Assembly (NCBI GenBank): GCA_023437225.1
Contig: JAEZGS010000010.1
Span: forward strand, 9,608-73,607
Reading direction: 5' to 3'
DNA length: 64,000 nucleotides
Source of the DNA: Bacteroidota bacterium
GTDB lineage: Bacteria; Bacteroidota; Bacteroidia; Chitinophagales; Chitinophagaceae
The notes below the pieces were generated by a model, which was not told where the DNA came from, made no database searches, and worked only from the letters and a program-made list of their open reading frames with translations. How positions within the stretch are numbered: the first letter of the stretch is position 1; each line of letters begins with the position of its first letter. The position numbers and the translations under genes are program-made. Below, piece by piece: positions 55,820 to 64,000 of the stretch.

Positions 55820-57177
55820 TTAGGTTGATTTTGATGTTTGATTGTAAGCCATGGTTCCGGGGTGCACGGATCCGTAAGTAGTTCGAAGCGTTCTTTGTTT
55901 TTATTCATAAGAGACTCGGCTGCAATAAGCCCGGCATGTGTTGCCCTGTCGGTGCCTGCCCTGGCGATGTTGTACAAATTATCATAGGCGGACAATTTTT
56001 TTAGGAGGGCGTTCTGGTTTTTGTTTTTAATATTATCGCTCCAGCTTGCAGCTGCATTTACCTGCGGAAAATTGAAGACCCGGTAACGTATGATCTTTGA
56101 AGGCTCAAACAAATTCAAGTGGTTGCATTGATCCAAAGTGAATGAGTATAACTTCTCCTCCGGATATAAAAACAATTCATCGTCACTCCTGAGGAAGTAC
56201 TCAATGCATAGACAGCACTTTCCAGGAGGAACCATATCACCCCCAAACATAGCGTAGTTAGTTATGCGGCCGATTTTCAAGCGGGGACAAGACACGTTTA
56301 ACCATGCATGCGGGAAGCGTGGCGATTCATCAATAAAAAGATATACCAATAATACACCCTGGGAGGACGATACTGGATTATTCGAACGATCATTAAAAAG
56401 CATCCTGCCAAGCGTTTCAGGCTGGATAGCGCTAATTAACGAAGAGACTTCAATGTGTGAGGAATTTCCATTTTTGTTCGTGATGACACCTGTGATAATA
56501 TTGTCTTTGGTGATCACACCAGTCAGTTGTACATCGGTTTCAATCTCGCCATTTAGTTTCCTTATCGAAGCTGCAAGTGTCTCAACGATTTGACCCGATC
56601 CAAGACGAGGGTGTCGCCATTCAGTTTGGCTGGCAACTCCAGATGTTGGTGTTTGCATTGGTATGGAAAGCATACGCCAGTCCTCGCCATTGAAACGTTC
56701 CTGGAAACCCTGGCTAAATATTTCAGTTATTTTTTTTCCGGCTGATCGATATCGATACTGCGCATAATTTGTTGGCTTGTAGAAAGCAATACGCGAATAA
56801 ATTTTATCTGCGAAACATGCTGCAAACAGCGGAAGGCTCATCCCCCTTGTTATGCCCTTGTATTGTGCACTTGATTCGTAAATATGGCCTTTGTAGAGAA
56901 TGCCAACACGATGATCGTATCTTACATAGTCTTTTCCCAGTATATCGCTCCAGAATTTGTTAACCTCGGGAATACGGGAATACAATTCCTTTCTTCCGAG
57001 GTCAACCCTGAAGCCATCTTCAACAACGCTTTGCATAAGACCACCTACCTGTGAAGACCTTTCGAAAATTACCGGCTTTATACCATTCTGTAATAAGCAT
57101 AAAGCAGCGGCAAGACCACCAGGTCCGGAACCAAGTATTACAACCGGCTTACCATCAATTTCAGGGTTCATCTCCAA
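55816..57177 (-). CDS. FAD/NAD(P)-binding oxidoreductase (amine-oxidase / phytoene-desaturase-like)
   Basis: 453 aa with an N-terminal Rossmann motif (VVILGSGPGGLAAALCLLQNGIKPVIFERSSQVGGL). 4-nt overlap with the downstream kinase-like gene. Confidence 0.8.
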   Translation of the reverse strand: MEMNPEIDGKPVVILGSGPGGLAAALCLLQNGIKPVIFERSSQVGGLMQSVVEDGFRVDLGRKELYSRIPEVNKFWSDILGKDYVRYDHRVGILYKGHIYESSAQYKGITRGMSLPLFAACFADKIYSRIAFYKPTNYAQYRYRSAGKKITEIFSQGFQERFNGEDWRMLSIPMQTPTSGVASQTEWRHPRLGSGQIVETLAASIRKLNGEIETDVQLTGVITKDNIITGVITNKNGNSSHIEVSSLISAIQPETLGRMLFNDRSNNPVSSSQGVLLVYLFIDESPRFPHAWLNVSCPRLKIGRITNYAMFGGDMVPPGKCCLCIEYFLRSDDELFLYPEEKLYSFTLDQCNHLNLFEPSKIIRYRVFNFPQVNAAASWSDNIKNKNQNALLKKLSAYDNLYNIARAGTDRATHAGLIAAESLMNKNKERFELLTDPCTPEPWLTIKHQNQPN

Positions 57178-57299
57178 GTTTCAGGTATTTTGACTGATTG
57201 TATTTTTTTTTATATTGTTATATCCTTATCCGGTAAAATCCTTCGTGCATCACCTCGCGGCTTCCTGTAACTCTCGATAATAATATAGAAATAAAAACG

Positions 57300-58943
57300 A
57301 TGAAACCGAAAATCCGGCTGGGAATTTTTGCATGGGAACCGCACATGTCACAATGGATGCAACTAGTGGTCAAGATGCTTGCGAAATGCGATTATGCGGA
57401 GCTGATCGTTCTTATTCATAGCGCACCAGGTTTTAATAGAACAGGTTTGATTCAACTGGCAGGGATTCAAAAGTCGCGCATTATGTATGCAGTTCAGCAG
57501 CGGTTGGAAAGGAGGATATTTGAAGTTAAAAACCAAAAGGAAGATGAATCTGCGAGCGCTTATGAAAGGATAGCGATAAACGCCGGAATGACAAACGGAA
57601 AAGTTTCGTTTGAACAAGATGCTGTCCAACGCATTAGGAATTACGAATTGGATGTACTGATAAGTCTGACATCGTGCGACTTTGATTGTGAAGTGAAGAA
57701 AGCAGTTAGAATCGGGATCTGGAGCTATGTTGCCGGTGAGAAGACTGCATTTGCTGGCGGTCCTGCACATGCCTGGAAATTTTCATCAGCCATTGAAGAT
57801 GAAGAATTCTTGTTGCCTGTTATTCCCGAAGAAAGGAAGAATGTACTTGAGCCGAATATCAATAAGGTGCTAATAAATTATTACTGGCGGTCCCTGCATT
57901 TTTTGCCCGTCAGACTAAAGGAGCTTTATGATAATGGTGATATGTCGATTGTCGAAGCTAAGCACAAATACGGCCTTCATATACATTCACACTCCTGGCA
58001 ATGGCGTCACAGCTATCTCCAGGTTTCGCCAATTATCCTGCGGTATTTATTACGTTGGAGTAAGTTGAAATTCGATCAGTTGTTATTTTCTAATCAATGG
58101 GTTTTGCTTTTTGGTATTTCAGGCAAACAGGGTAATATTTTTCAAACCGTCTCGCAGCTTAAACCACTTATTCCTCCTCCTGATCGTTTCTGGGCTGACC
58201 CTTGCGTAGTGTGTAATGATGAACGCTATTATGTGTTTGTTGAAGAATACGTGCACAAAAACAAGAAAGGACATATAAGCGTAATCGAAATTGATGGTGA
58301 TGGAAAGATCATTGACACCCGGCCAGTACTTGAAAAACCCTATCATCTTTCCTTCCCCTTCGTGTTTAAACATTCCGGTAAGTATTATATGATTCCGGAA
58401 ACCGCGGCAAGTCGTCGCATCGATATCTATGAATCTACATGCTTTCCCTTTGAATGGAAACTATTTAAAAATTTGATGGACGATGTAAATGCTGTAGATA
58501 CCATTATACATAAGAAGGATGGCAGATTTTGGCTGTTCACTACCATATGTTCAGTCAGTGAACACCTCAATCGGGATGAACTTTACCTGTATTACAGTGA
58601 TGATCTTGATGGAAGCTGGATCCCACATCCTAATAACCCGGTTGTAACAGACGTGCGCACTTCAAGGTCTGCAGGTGGCATGTTTGAGTATGGTGGCAAG
58701 CTTTACAGGCCAAGCCAGGATTGTTTGAAGCGATATGGACACCGGGTGCTGTTCAATGAAGTGATTGTCATCAATGAACAGGAATACCAGGAAAAAACGG
58801 TTACCTCGATAGATCCACATTGGGATAAAAAAATTGTGGCGACGCACACGTTCTCTCATCAAAATAAGCTTACAGTTATTGATGCACAAATGAGGAATAG
58901 AAAAAAGGGTACATCCAAAAATGTCCCGGCAGTCGACGCATAA
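57300..58943 (+). CDS. formyltransferase-N-like (degenerate) + GH43-like/GINT1-N-like beta-propeller protein
   Basis: 547 aa. N-part: ELDVLISLTSCDF..GIWSYVAGEKTAFAGGPAHAW. C-part: FWADPCVV..YHLSFPFVFKHSGKYYMIPETAASRRIDIYES..FPFEW..RPSQDCLKRYG. Family assignment is from memory only. Confidence 0.55.
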   Translation: MKPKIRLGIFAWEPHMSQWMQLVVKMLAKCDYAELIVLIHSAPGFNRTGLIQLAGIQKSRIMYAVQQRLERRIFEVKNQKEDESASAYERIAINAGMTNGKVSFEQDAVQRIRNYELDVLISLTSCDFDCEVKKAVRIGIWSYVAGEKTAFAGGPAHAWKFSSAIEDEEFLLPVIPEERKNVLEPNINKVLINYYWRSLHFLPVRLKELYDNGDMSIVEAKHKYGLHIHSHSWQWRHSYLQVSPIILRYLLRWSKLKFDQLLFSNQWVLLFGISGKQGNIFQTVSQLKPLIPPPDRFWADPCVVCNDERYYVFVEEYVHKNKKGHISVIEIDGDGKIIDTRPVLEKPYHLSFPFVFKHSGKYYMIPETAASRRIDIYESTCFPFEWKLFKNLMDDVNAVDTIIHKKDGRFWLFTTICSVSEHLNRDELYLYYSDDLDGSWIPHPNNPVVTDVRTSRSAGGMFEYGGKLYRPSQDCLKRYGHRVLFNEVIVINEQEYQEKTVTSIDPHWDKKIVATHTFSHQNKLTVIDAQMRNRKKGTSKNVPAVDA

Positions 58944-59027
58944 GAGGCGCCGCTTATAAAGTTGGTCCATCAAAAATTCTTCGTATCTTAAAACCAACCG
59001 TACCCGCATCAACCAAAACTGATTGCC

Positions 59028-60599
59028 ATGGGTGCCAAAAAACCGTCGGATCAACCAACGACCGAAGACTTCAAAGCAGTTGCAGCTCCATATCTCGCGG
59101 CCGTTCAACAACATTTCAGGGAAGAAGGTTCATTCCAGGTTTCAGACGTCATACTAGACGTTGAAGAGGATGGTAAGAAGCAGCAGCTCCAATTTGTGAA
59201 TCTCGTTCAGGAAGGTGGGGGAGTGCTTGGTGTTGCGCTGGTGGGCTACACCTACATACTTGAGGAAATGGGTGTGCGTTTTTTAAAGCTTGCGGGCACA
59301 AGCGCGGGTGCTATCAATACAATGCTGATGGCATGCATCAATCGCAAAGAAGATAAAAAATCTACAACGGTACTCGACATTCTTGCAAAGAAAAATTTAT
59401 TTGAGTTCGTCGACGGCCATTGGCTTGCAAGAGGAGTGATAAAATTGTTTATAACCAACAGGAAGTCGCTCCAGCGAATTTTTAACTGGATTGGCGGCAT
59501 ACTTGCATTAGTGGTAGTTCTGTATCTTCTTAACTTTTACCTGCTGGGCCGTAATGCTTTCTCCGCATTCACCGAAGGCGTACTTGTAATAACTTCAATA
59601 CTTTTCTTACTTGTTATAACCGGCGCTTTTTTTGTCCGGCATCTTGTGAAACGATTTGATCGCAATGGTTATGGGATCAATCCTGGTACTGATTTTACGC
59701 GATGGATGTCTGATATATTAAAAGATCCTTCTCATGGCCCGGTTATTCAAAACCTGAATGATCTCAACAAACACCTCGAAACTGTTCCTGATTTTTATCA
59801 TCGCTATGGTGAGGATGTTGCCGACCTGAAAAAGCCCCCCAAGGGCGAGCAATTCATCACACTTATTGCGTCGGATATTACAACACAAATGAAAGTAGAG
59901 TTCCCGAAAATGTGGAAGTTATACTGGAGTGATGCAACCTATGTTAACCCGGCGGACTTTGTTCGTGCATCGATGTCAATACCTGTTTTTTTTGAAGTAT
60001 TCCGCATCGACAATATCCCGGTGCGACTTGTAGCAAAAGAGTGGGAAAGGCAGCTTAATATGACAGATACAACCAAGATCCCAAGGAGGGCAATGTTTGT
60101 GGATGGTGGCATCATCTCAAATTTTCCCATAAATATTTTCTTCAACCCAAATCTTGAAAAACCCCGGCTGCCAACATTCGGTGTCATGCTGGAGGACGTT
60201 GTGTTCCAGCCTAAAGAAAAGTTCACAGGCCTATTGAATTTTTTTGGTTCCATTTTTAATACCGTGCGCTTTCACTACGATAAGGATTTTCTAATCAGGC
60301 ATAACGATTTTGAAAAAACGATTGGTCGGATCGATGTTCAGAAATTCAATTGGCTGAACTTCAATATTAGTGGAGAAGAAAAACTTGGCTTGTTCAAAAA
60401 AGGAGTGGAGGCAGCTACTGAATTCCTCCTTGGAACCGATGCGGTACTGGCGATCGACGGTAATGAGATCGATACCACGTTACCGAAGCGACAGCCGTTC
60501 AACTGGCAGCAATATCGTGATAATCGACCTGAAGTTATGAGGAAGATCCGCCAGGCAACTCAATCACAGGCAGATAACCTTTCAACCAAAACAGTATGA
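59028..60599 (+). CDS. patatin-like phospholipase with two inserted TM helices
   Basis: 523 aa. Oxyanion QEGGGVLGVALVG, lipase GxSxG (GTSAG), catalytic Asp FVDGGIISNFP. Hydrophobic helices IGGILALVVVLYLLNFYLL and VLVITSILFLLVITGAFFV lie between the Ser and Asp motifs. Confidence 0.85.
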   Translation: MGAKKPSDQPTTEDFKAVAAPYLAAVQQHFREEGSFQVSDVILDVEEDGKKQQLQFVNLVQEGGGVLGVALVGYTYILEEMGVRFLKLAGTSAGAINTMLMACINRKEDKKSTTVLDILAKKNLFEFVDGHWLARGVIKLFITNRKSLQRIFNWIGGILALVVVLYLLNFYLLGRNAFSAFTEGVLVITSILFLLVITGAFFVRHLVKRFDRNGYGINPGTDFTRWMSDILKDPSHGPVIQNLNDLNKHLETVPDFYHRYGEDVADLKKPPKGEQFITLIASDITTQMKVEFPKMWKLYWSDATYVNPADFVRASMSIPVFFEVFRIDNIPVRLVAKEWERQLNMTDTTKIPRRAMFVDGGIISNFPINIFFNPNLEKPRLPTFGVMLEDVVFQPKEKFTGLLNFFGSIFNTVRFHYDKDFLIRHNDFEKTIGRIDVQKFNWLNFNISGEEKLGLFKKGVEAATEFLLGTDAVLAIDGNEIDTTLPKRQPFNWQQYRDNRPEVMRKIRQATQSQADNLSTKTV

Positions 60600-61231
60600 C
60601 AACACAGCAGCTTTTACTCGCCATATTAATAATAAGTGTCGTACTGACAATTATTTTTGGACGCGCACTGCTAAGATCGGATAATAATTTTTACTACCGG
60701 AACGGAAGGGCAATGCGTGCATGGGATATCCTTTTTGCAATCGACAAAAGCAAGTTCAATTACCGGTTACAAAACATGTCCGAAGAAACGCTTTCCCTCT
60801 TACGAAAGTGGATATTGCTTGACGTGCGCTTTGCGCCGCTTGCCCATTTATCAGTGGCACTGTTACTTTATTTTTCTTCGCTTGCATATGCCCGCGAAGG
60901 TTACAGGTTATTATTTGATGTGCTCATCGGATTGCAGGCGGTTGCGTTGATATCGCATATTATAACCGACATAATGCTGTCAGGCAGCTTAAAGAGTTTG
61001 GAAATGCAGCAGTCGATGAGGTTTTTCAATGCCAATGTGTTTATGAAACTTGCTTTTCCAATGGCAGGATGCTTTGTTTCTTTCGCCACAGCCATACTCG
61101 TTTGGTTCAGGTACCTCAATAGTTTTGATCTGCCCCTCGCATCTCTGTTATTCATTGCACCTGTTGTACTGATCGTGGTTACAATAAACATTTCGAAGCG
61201 ATTTAAATCGCAACCAGTAAAAACAAACTGA
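60596..61231 (+). CDS. 5-TM membrane protein, unknown function, coupled to the patatin gene
   Basis: 211 aa. Its ATG overlaps the patatin stop (ATGA at 60596-60599). No motif recognised. Confidence 0.5.
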   Translation: MTTQQLLLAILIISVVLTIIFGRALLRSDNNFYYRNGRAMRAWDILFAIDKSKFNYRLQNMSEETLSLLRKWILLDVRFAPLAHLSVALLLYFSSLAYAREGYRLLFDVLIGLQAVALISHIITDIMLSGSLKSLEMQQSMRFFNANVFMKLAFPMAGCFVSFATAILVWFRYLNSFDLPLASLLFIAPVVLIVVTINISKRFKSQPVKTN

Positions 61232-61232
61232 G

Positions 61233-63521
61233 CTATTGTATAAGCATAAAAGCGGAGCGTTGTATCTGTGGTTCCTGTGATGGAAATTTATATCTGCAGA
61301 TGTAAAGAAAGTTCTGTGAGTTTTGCAAATGTCCACTGATCTTTCCATCCCAGCCAGTATTGAAGTCTTTGGTTTCAAAGATGACCTGGCCCCAGCGGTT
61401 GAATATTATCAATTCAAAATATTCAGGAGTGGCGAAGACTGATGGCTTGAAGAGATCGTTCTTGCCATCATTATTTGGTGTAAAGGCGTTGGGAAAAACG
61501 ATTCCCTGGTAACATCCTTCTTCGAATAACGTAATCGTATCGCTTGCTTTGCAGTTGTGTTCATTGCTTACCGTCACAGTATAATTACCGGGAGTGTTAA
61601 CCCGGATCTTCTGACTCGTCGATCCGTTTTCCCATAAATAAGTTTTGAACCCAGGACCTGCGTCCAGATCAACAGGTTTATGCGGGCATACTGCTTTATC
61701 GGGTCCAAGGTCTACTTCATCCGGATTAACGTTGTGCACTTCAAGCGTATCGGATGATTGGTAACCGCAATAGTCAGTTACTGTTACATGAAAAGTGCCT
61801 GGTTCGGTGAGTCGTATAAACCGTTCCGTAGAACCATTTGACCATAAGTAATCCCGGTATCCTGGAATAGATATGGTGACGAAGTCGCCCTGACACAGAA
61901 AATGATCGCGACTGAGATTCACATTGCCGAGGCGAACATTGGTACTTACCTTCAACTGGCTTGTGAGTACTGAACAATTCGTCGGCATCGTTGCTGTAAT
62001 ATCAACGCTTCCTACGTCGAGGAATTCAACTTCAATGGTGGAGTCCGTTTCCTTCACGATCCGTGCCATATCCTGAGTAACGGACCAGGTAACCGGCCTG
62101 GTGCAACCAGGATTGCGTATTATCTTATATACTGCGTTTGATTCTCCGATGCAGACGGATGTATCTCCTTCAACTGATATGATTGAACAATCATCTTTGC
62201 AATAATCGGAAGTATTGATCTCTTCGTCGTTAACATTCATGTTTTCTGCAACTATGGAAAGAGCTTGCGGGGATACGTTTGCAAACTGAAAAGGAGTCAT
62301 CGTAACGTTGAGAGTTGAAATGGCTTCCGTGGCATTTTCATCGGCACAGCCTTCCACGATGCCATTAGCATTTGTATGGATCAGGTATGCGGCTCCACTG
62401 GATGAATATTTTTGTGTTGAAGCGATGAGGAGTCCGTTTGTAGTGGAGTTGCGTAACAGCGGAAAGCCGCGATTAACATCAACAAACTTTTTTCGACCCC
62501 ACAGCAGTTGATTGCCTGCATCAAACTTATACACGTTAATAAACGCATCGGATTGATTGTTGCTTTGAGCCAGGATATAAGACCCGTCGGCATTGGGGAG
62601 TATGTTAGTGGCAAATGTATTATTGGAAAATGCCCTCATCGAAGCAATCGATCCGTCTGATTGAAGAGTAAGATTTATCTGTCGGTTAAATGCAGGAGGT
62701 GTAGTGGGCCGCGAGTATCCATTAACAAGGATCCTGTTATTTACAATGTGCAATTGCTGGAACTGGTCAAAGCGATTTTGAATATCGTATTGATTTGCCC
62801 AGATTATCGAACCGTCCGATCGATTCAGTTTTACTACAATTCCATTTCTTGCGGCGGCAGCACATGTGGCTGTAACGTAGTAGCCTCCCGCGTCCTGGGC
62901 GATCTCCAGGAAAAGGTCGTTGCCGGGATTGTCGTAAAGGAAAGACCATTGCTGATTGCCCTGTCCGTCTAATTTTATTAAAAATGCCGAAGATTCATCT
63001 TGCGCATCAAAGCGATTGCCGGAAAGCAGAATTGAACCGTCGCTGTCCACGAGCATATCGTATAAGAACATAGTATTATCGCTAATGCGCTTTGTCCAGG
63101 CAATGCTCCCTGCATCATCGATCTGCATAAGGGTTATATCGGACCCGGACTGGCCGGCTATGATATAAGTTCCGTTGGCAATCTTAGATATTCGTAACCA
63201 TTCGTCGCTTATTTCAGAGTCGTAAGCCCGCGTCCATACGGGCTTTCCCTGCGCATCTGTTTTCATCACCAATGCGTCTGCATTTGCAATGTTATCGTCA
63301 ACGCGTCCGATGATCACCAGAGTGCCATCGGGGTTTTCAACAAGGTCATTGATCCTGATCGAGCTACCCGTAGGTGATTGAAAGAGTTTGTGGTACGGAC
63401 CTGTATCACAGTCGTCAACGACAGCGTTAATTGGATTGGAAGATTGCTGCTTAGTACTTATAAAAAGCAGGAAGCAGAAAAGGGCAGTGACGGCTTGGTT
63501 AAAGGGATGCACAAGGGGCAT
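61233..63521 (-). CDS. T9SS type-B (gliding-motility-associated) C-terminal-domain cargo protein with beta-propeller-like N-region
   Basis: 762 aa with a signal peptide. Repeated modules (YLWSNGSTERFIRLTEPGTFHVTVTD / YLWENGSTSQKIRVNTPGNYTVTVSN). C-terminal FPNAFTPNNDGKNDLFKP...WDG sorting domain. Confidence 0.85.
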   Translation of the reverse strand: MPLVHPFNQAVTALFCFLLFISTKQQSSNPINAVVDDCDTGPYHKLFQSPTGSSIRINDLVENPDGTLVIIGRVDDNIANADALVMKTDAQGKPVWTRAYDSEISDEWLRISKIANGTYIIAGQSGSDITLMQIDDAGSIAWTKRISDNTMFLYDMLVDSDGSILLSGNRFDAQDESSAFLIKLDGQGNQQWSFLYDNPGNDLFLEIAQDAGGYYVTATCAAAARNGIVVKLNRSDGSIIWANQYDIQNRFDQFQQLHIVNNRILVNGYSRPTTPPAFNRQINLTLQSDGSIASMRAFSNNTFATNILPNADGSYILAQSNNQSDAFINVYKFDAGNQLLWGRKKFVDVNRGFPLLRNSTTNGLLIASTQKYSSSGAAYLIHTNANGIVEGCADENATEAISTLNVTMTPFQFANVSPQALSIVAENMNVNDEEINTSDYCKDDCSIISVEGDTSVCIGESNAVYKIIRNPGCTRPVTWSVTQDMARIVKETDSTIEVEFLDVGSVDITATMPTNCSVLTSQLKVSTNVRLGNVNLSRDHFLCQGDFVTISIPGYRDYLWSNGSTERFIRLTEPGTFHVTVTDYCGYQSSDTLEVHNVNPDEVDLGPDKAVCPHKPVDLDAGPGFKTYLWENGSTSQKIRVNTPGNYTVTVSNEHNCKASDTITLFEEGCYQGIVFPNAFTPNNDGKNDLFKPSVFATPEYFELIIFNRWGQVIFETKDFNTGWDGKISGHLQNSQNFLYICRYKFPSQEPQIQRSAFMLIQ

Positions 63522-63544
63522 GCAATAAAGATAATGAAGACACC

Positions 63545-64000
63545 TTATATCTCCTTAATGCTGCGGCTGATGATGTCCACTGCTTCCATGAGTTGCCCTT
63601 CATTGATTATGAGCGGTGGTGCAAAGCGGATTTTATTGCCATGCGTGGGTTTCGCCAGCAGACCATTGTCCCGCATGGCGAGGCAGATCTTCCAGGCGGC
63701 TTCTCCATCAGGATGCTCGATCTCGATTGCGTTGAGCAATCCCTTACCGCGGATCTCCGAAATGATTGGCGAGTTCAGTGCCGCGATCTGTTTCCTGAAA
63801 ATCTCTCCCATCCTCTGCGCATTATCGGCCATCTGCTCGTCCCTGAGGACCTGCAGGGAAGTTATCGCAACCTTACACGCCAGCGGGCTACCACCAAAGG
63901 TTGATCCATGCTCTCCCGCCTGGATGGTTAGCATGATTTCGTCATCTGCAAGAACGGCGGATACGGGCATCGTACCTCCGCTCAATGCTTTACCGAGAAT
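63545..64000 (-). CDS. rocD: ornithine--oxo-acid aminotransferase, C-terminal part (gene runs off the window)
   Basis: ILGKALSGGTMPVSAV..EHGSTFGGSPLAC..IRGKGLLNAIE..AKPTHGNKIRFAPPL matches class-III aminotransferase OAT. The frame is open to position 64000. Confidence 0.9.
   Translation of the reverse strand: MLGKALSGGTMPVSAVLADDEIMLTIQAGEHGSTFGGSPLACKVAITSLQVLRDEQMADNAQRMGEIFRKQIAALNSPIISEIRGKGLLNAIEIEHPDGEAAWKICLAMRDNGLLAKPTHGNKIRFAPPLIINEGQLMEAVDIISRSIKEI

Noticed and set aside
58662-59114. 150-aa minus-strand ORF spanning the gap between the 547-aa gene and the patatin gene.
   Set aside because: Its Cys/Trp/Arg/Phe-rich composition is typical of antisense translation. It overlaps two well-supported genes.
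51693-60599. A CBASS-like defence system, reading the nucleotidyltransferase as a CD-NTase and the patatin as a CapV effector.
   Set aside because: The nucleotidyltransferase matches the PF14907-type layout rather than CD-NTase. It is 6 kb away on the opposite strand, separated by four unrelated genes. The patatin has TM insertions unlike CapV. I keep this only as something to exclude with DefenseFinder.
51693-61231. A compositional (GC) anomaly suggesting horizontal acquisition of the unusual block.
   Set aside because: Hand counts on a few 60-nt lines gave 35-48% GC in this block, against 40-57% in the GH genes and 40% in the efflux permease. The scatter is too large, so no claim is made without a proper sliding-window calculation.

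Overview
This 64-kb segment looks like a soil Bacteroidota chromosome, probably Chitinophagia- or Sphingobacteriia-like. The clues are a T9SS type-B C-terminal sorting domain, a LytS/LytTR pair, many lipoprotein signals and GH-rich loci. It is almost fully coding, and I saw no rRNA, tRNA, CRISPR array or prophage. All family calls come from reading motifs by eye; no searches were run.

Layout:
(i) 0-15.3 kb is an accessory, detox/resistance-like neighbourhood. It holds a TPR membrane protein, decayed gene remnants, a cupin, an MBL hydrolase and VOC proteins. It also has four RibD_C-type (DHFR-family) paralogs, one of them internally deleted beside a lone tyrosine recombinase. The rest is a MacAB-like efflux operon, a PKD lipoprotein, an amidohydrolase, an Arr rifampin ADP-ribosyltransferase with an extra N-terminal domain, and VanZ.
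(ii) 15.4-37.5 kb is mixed envelope and housekeeping genes. These include one ORF joining cyclophilin, a BNR propeller and glutathione peroxidase, an AsmA-like giant, an SDR+AraC pair, an S41 peptidase and a DUF2157-DUF4401-GDYXXLXY membrane triad. Pirin, App1, a nucleoside hydrolase and LytS/LytTR complete it.
(iii) 37.6-51.2 kb is a beta-mannan/glucomannan utilisation locus without SusC/D. It contains GH5, an esterase, a GH5-GH26 fusion, a GPH symporter, a GH130 mannosylglucose phosphorylase, a 2-epimerase, GH3 and GH97. Three intergenic heptamer arrays of the (TGGGAAA)n type punctuate it.
(iv) 51.7-61.2 kb is the most unusual block and my best candidate for an undescribed system. It combines a PF14907-like nucleotidyltransferase, a TMD-NBD ABC exporter, an HprK-like P-loop protein coupled to an FAD oxidoreductase, a degenerate formyltransferase-like/beta-propeller protein, and a membrane-inserted patatin coupled to a 5-TM protein. 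The first part resembles a lasso/RiPP accessory set, but no core enzymes or precursor are visible.
(v) The window ends with a T9SS cargo protein and a partial rocD.
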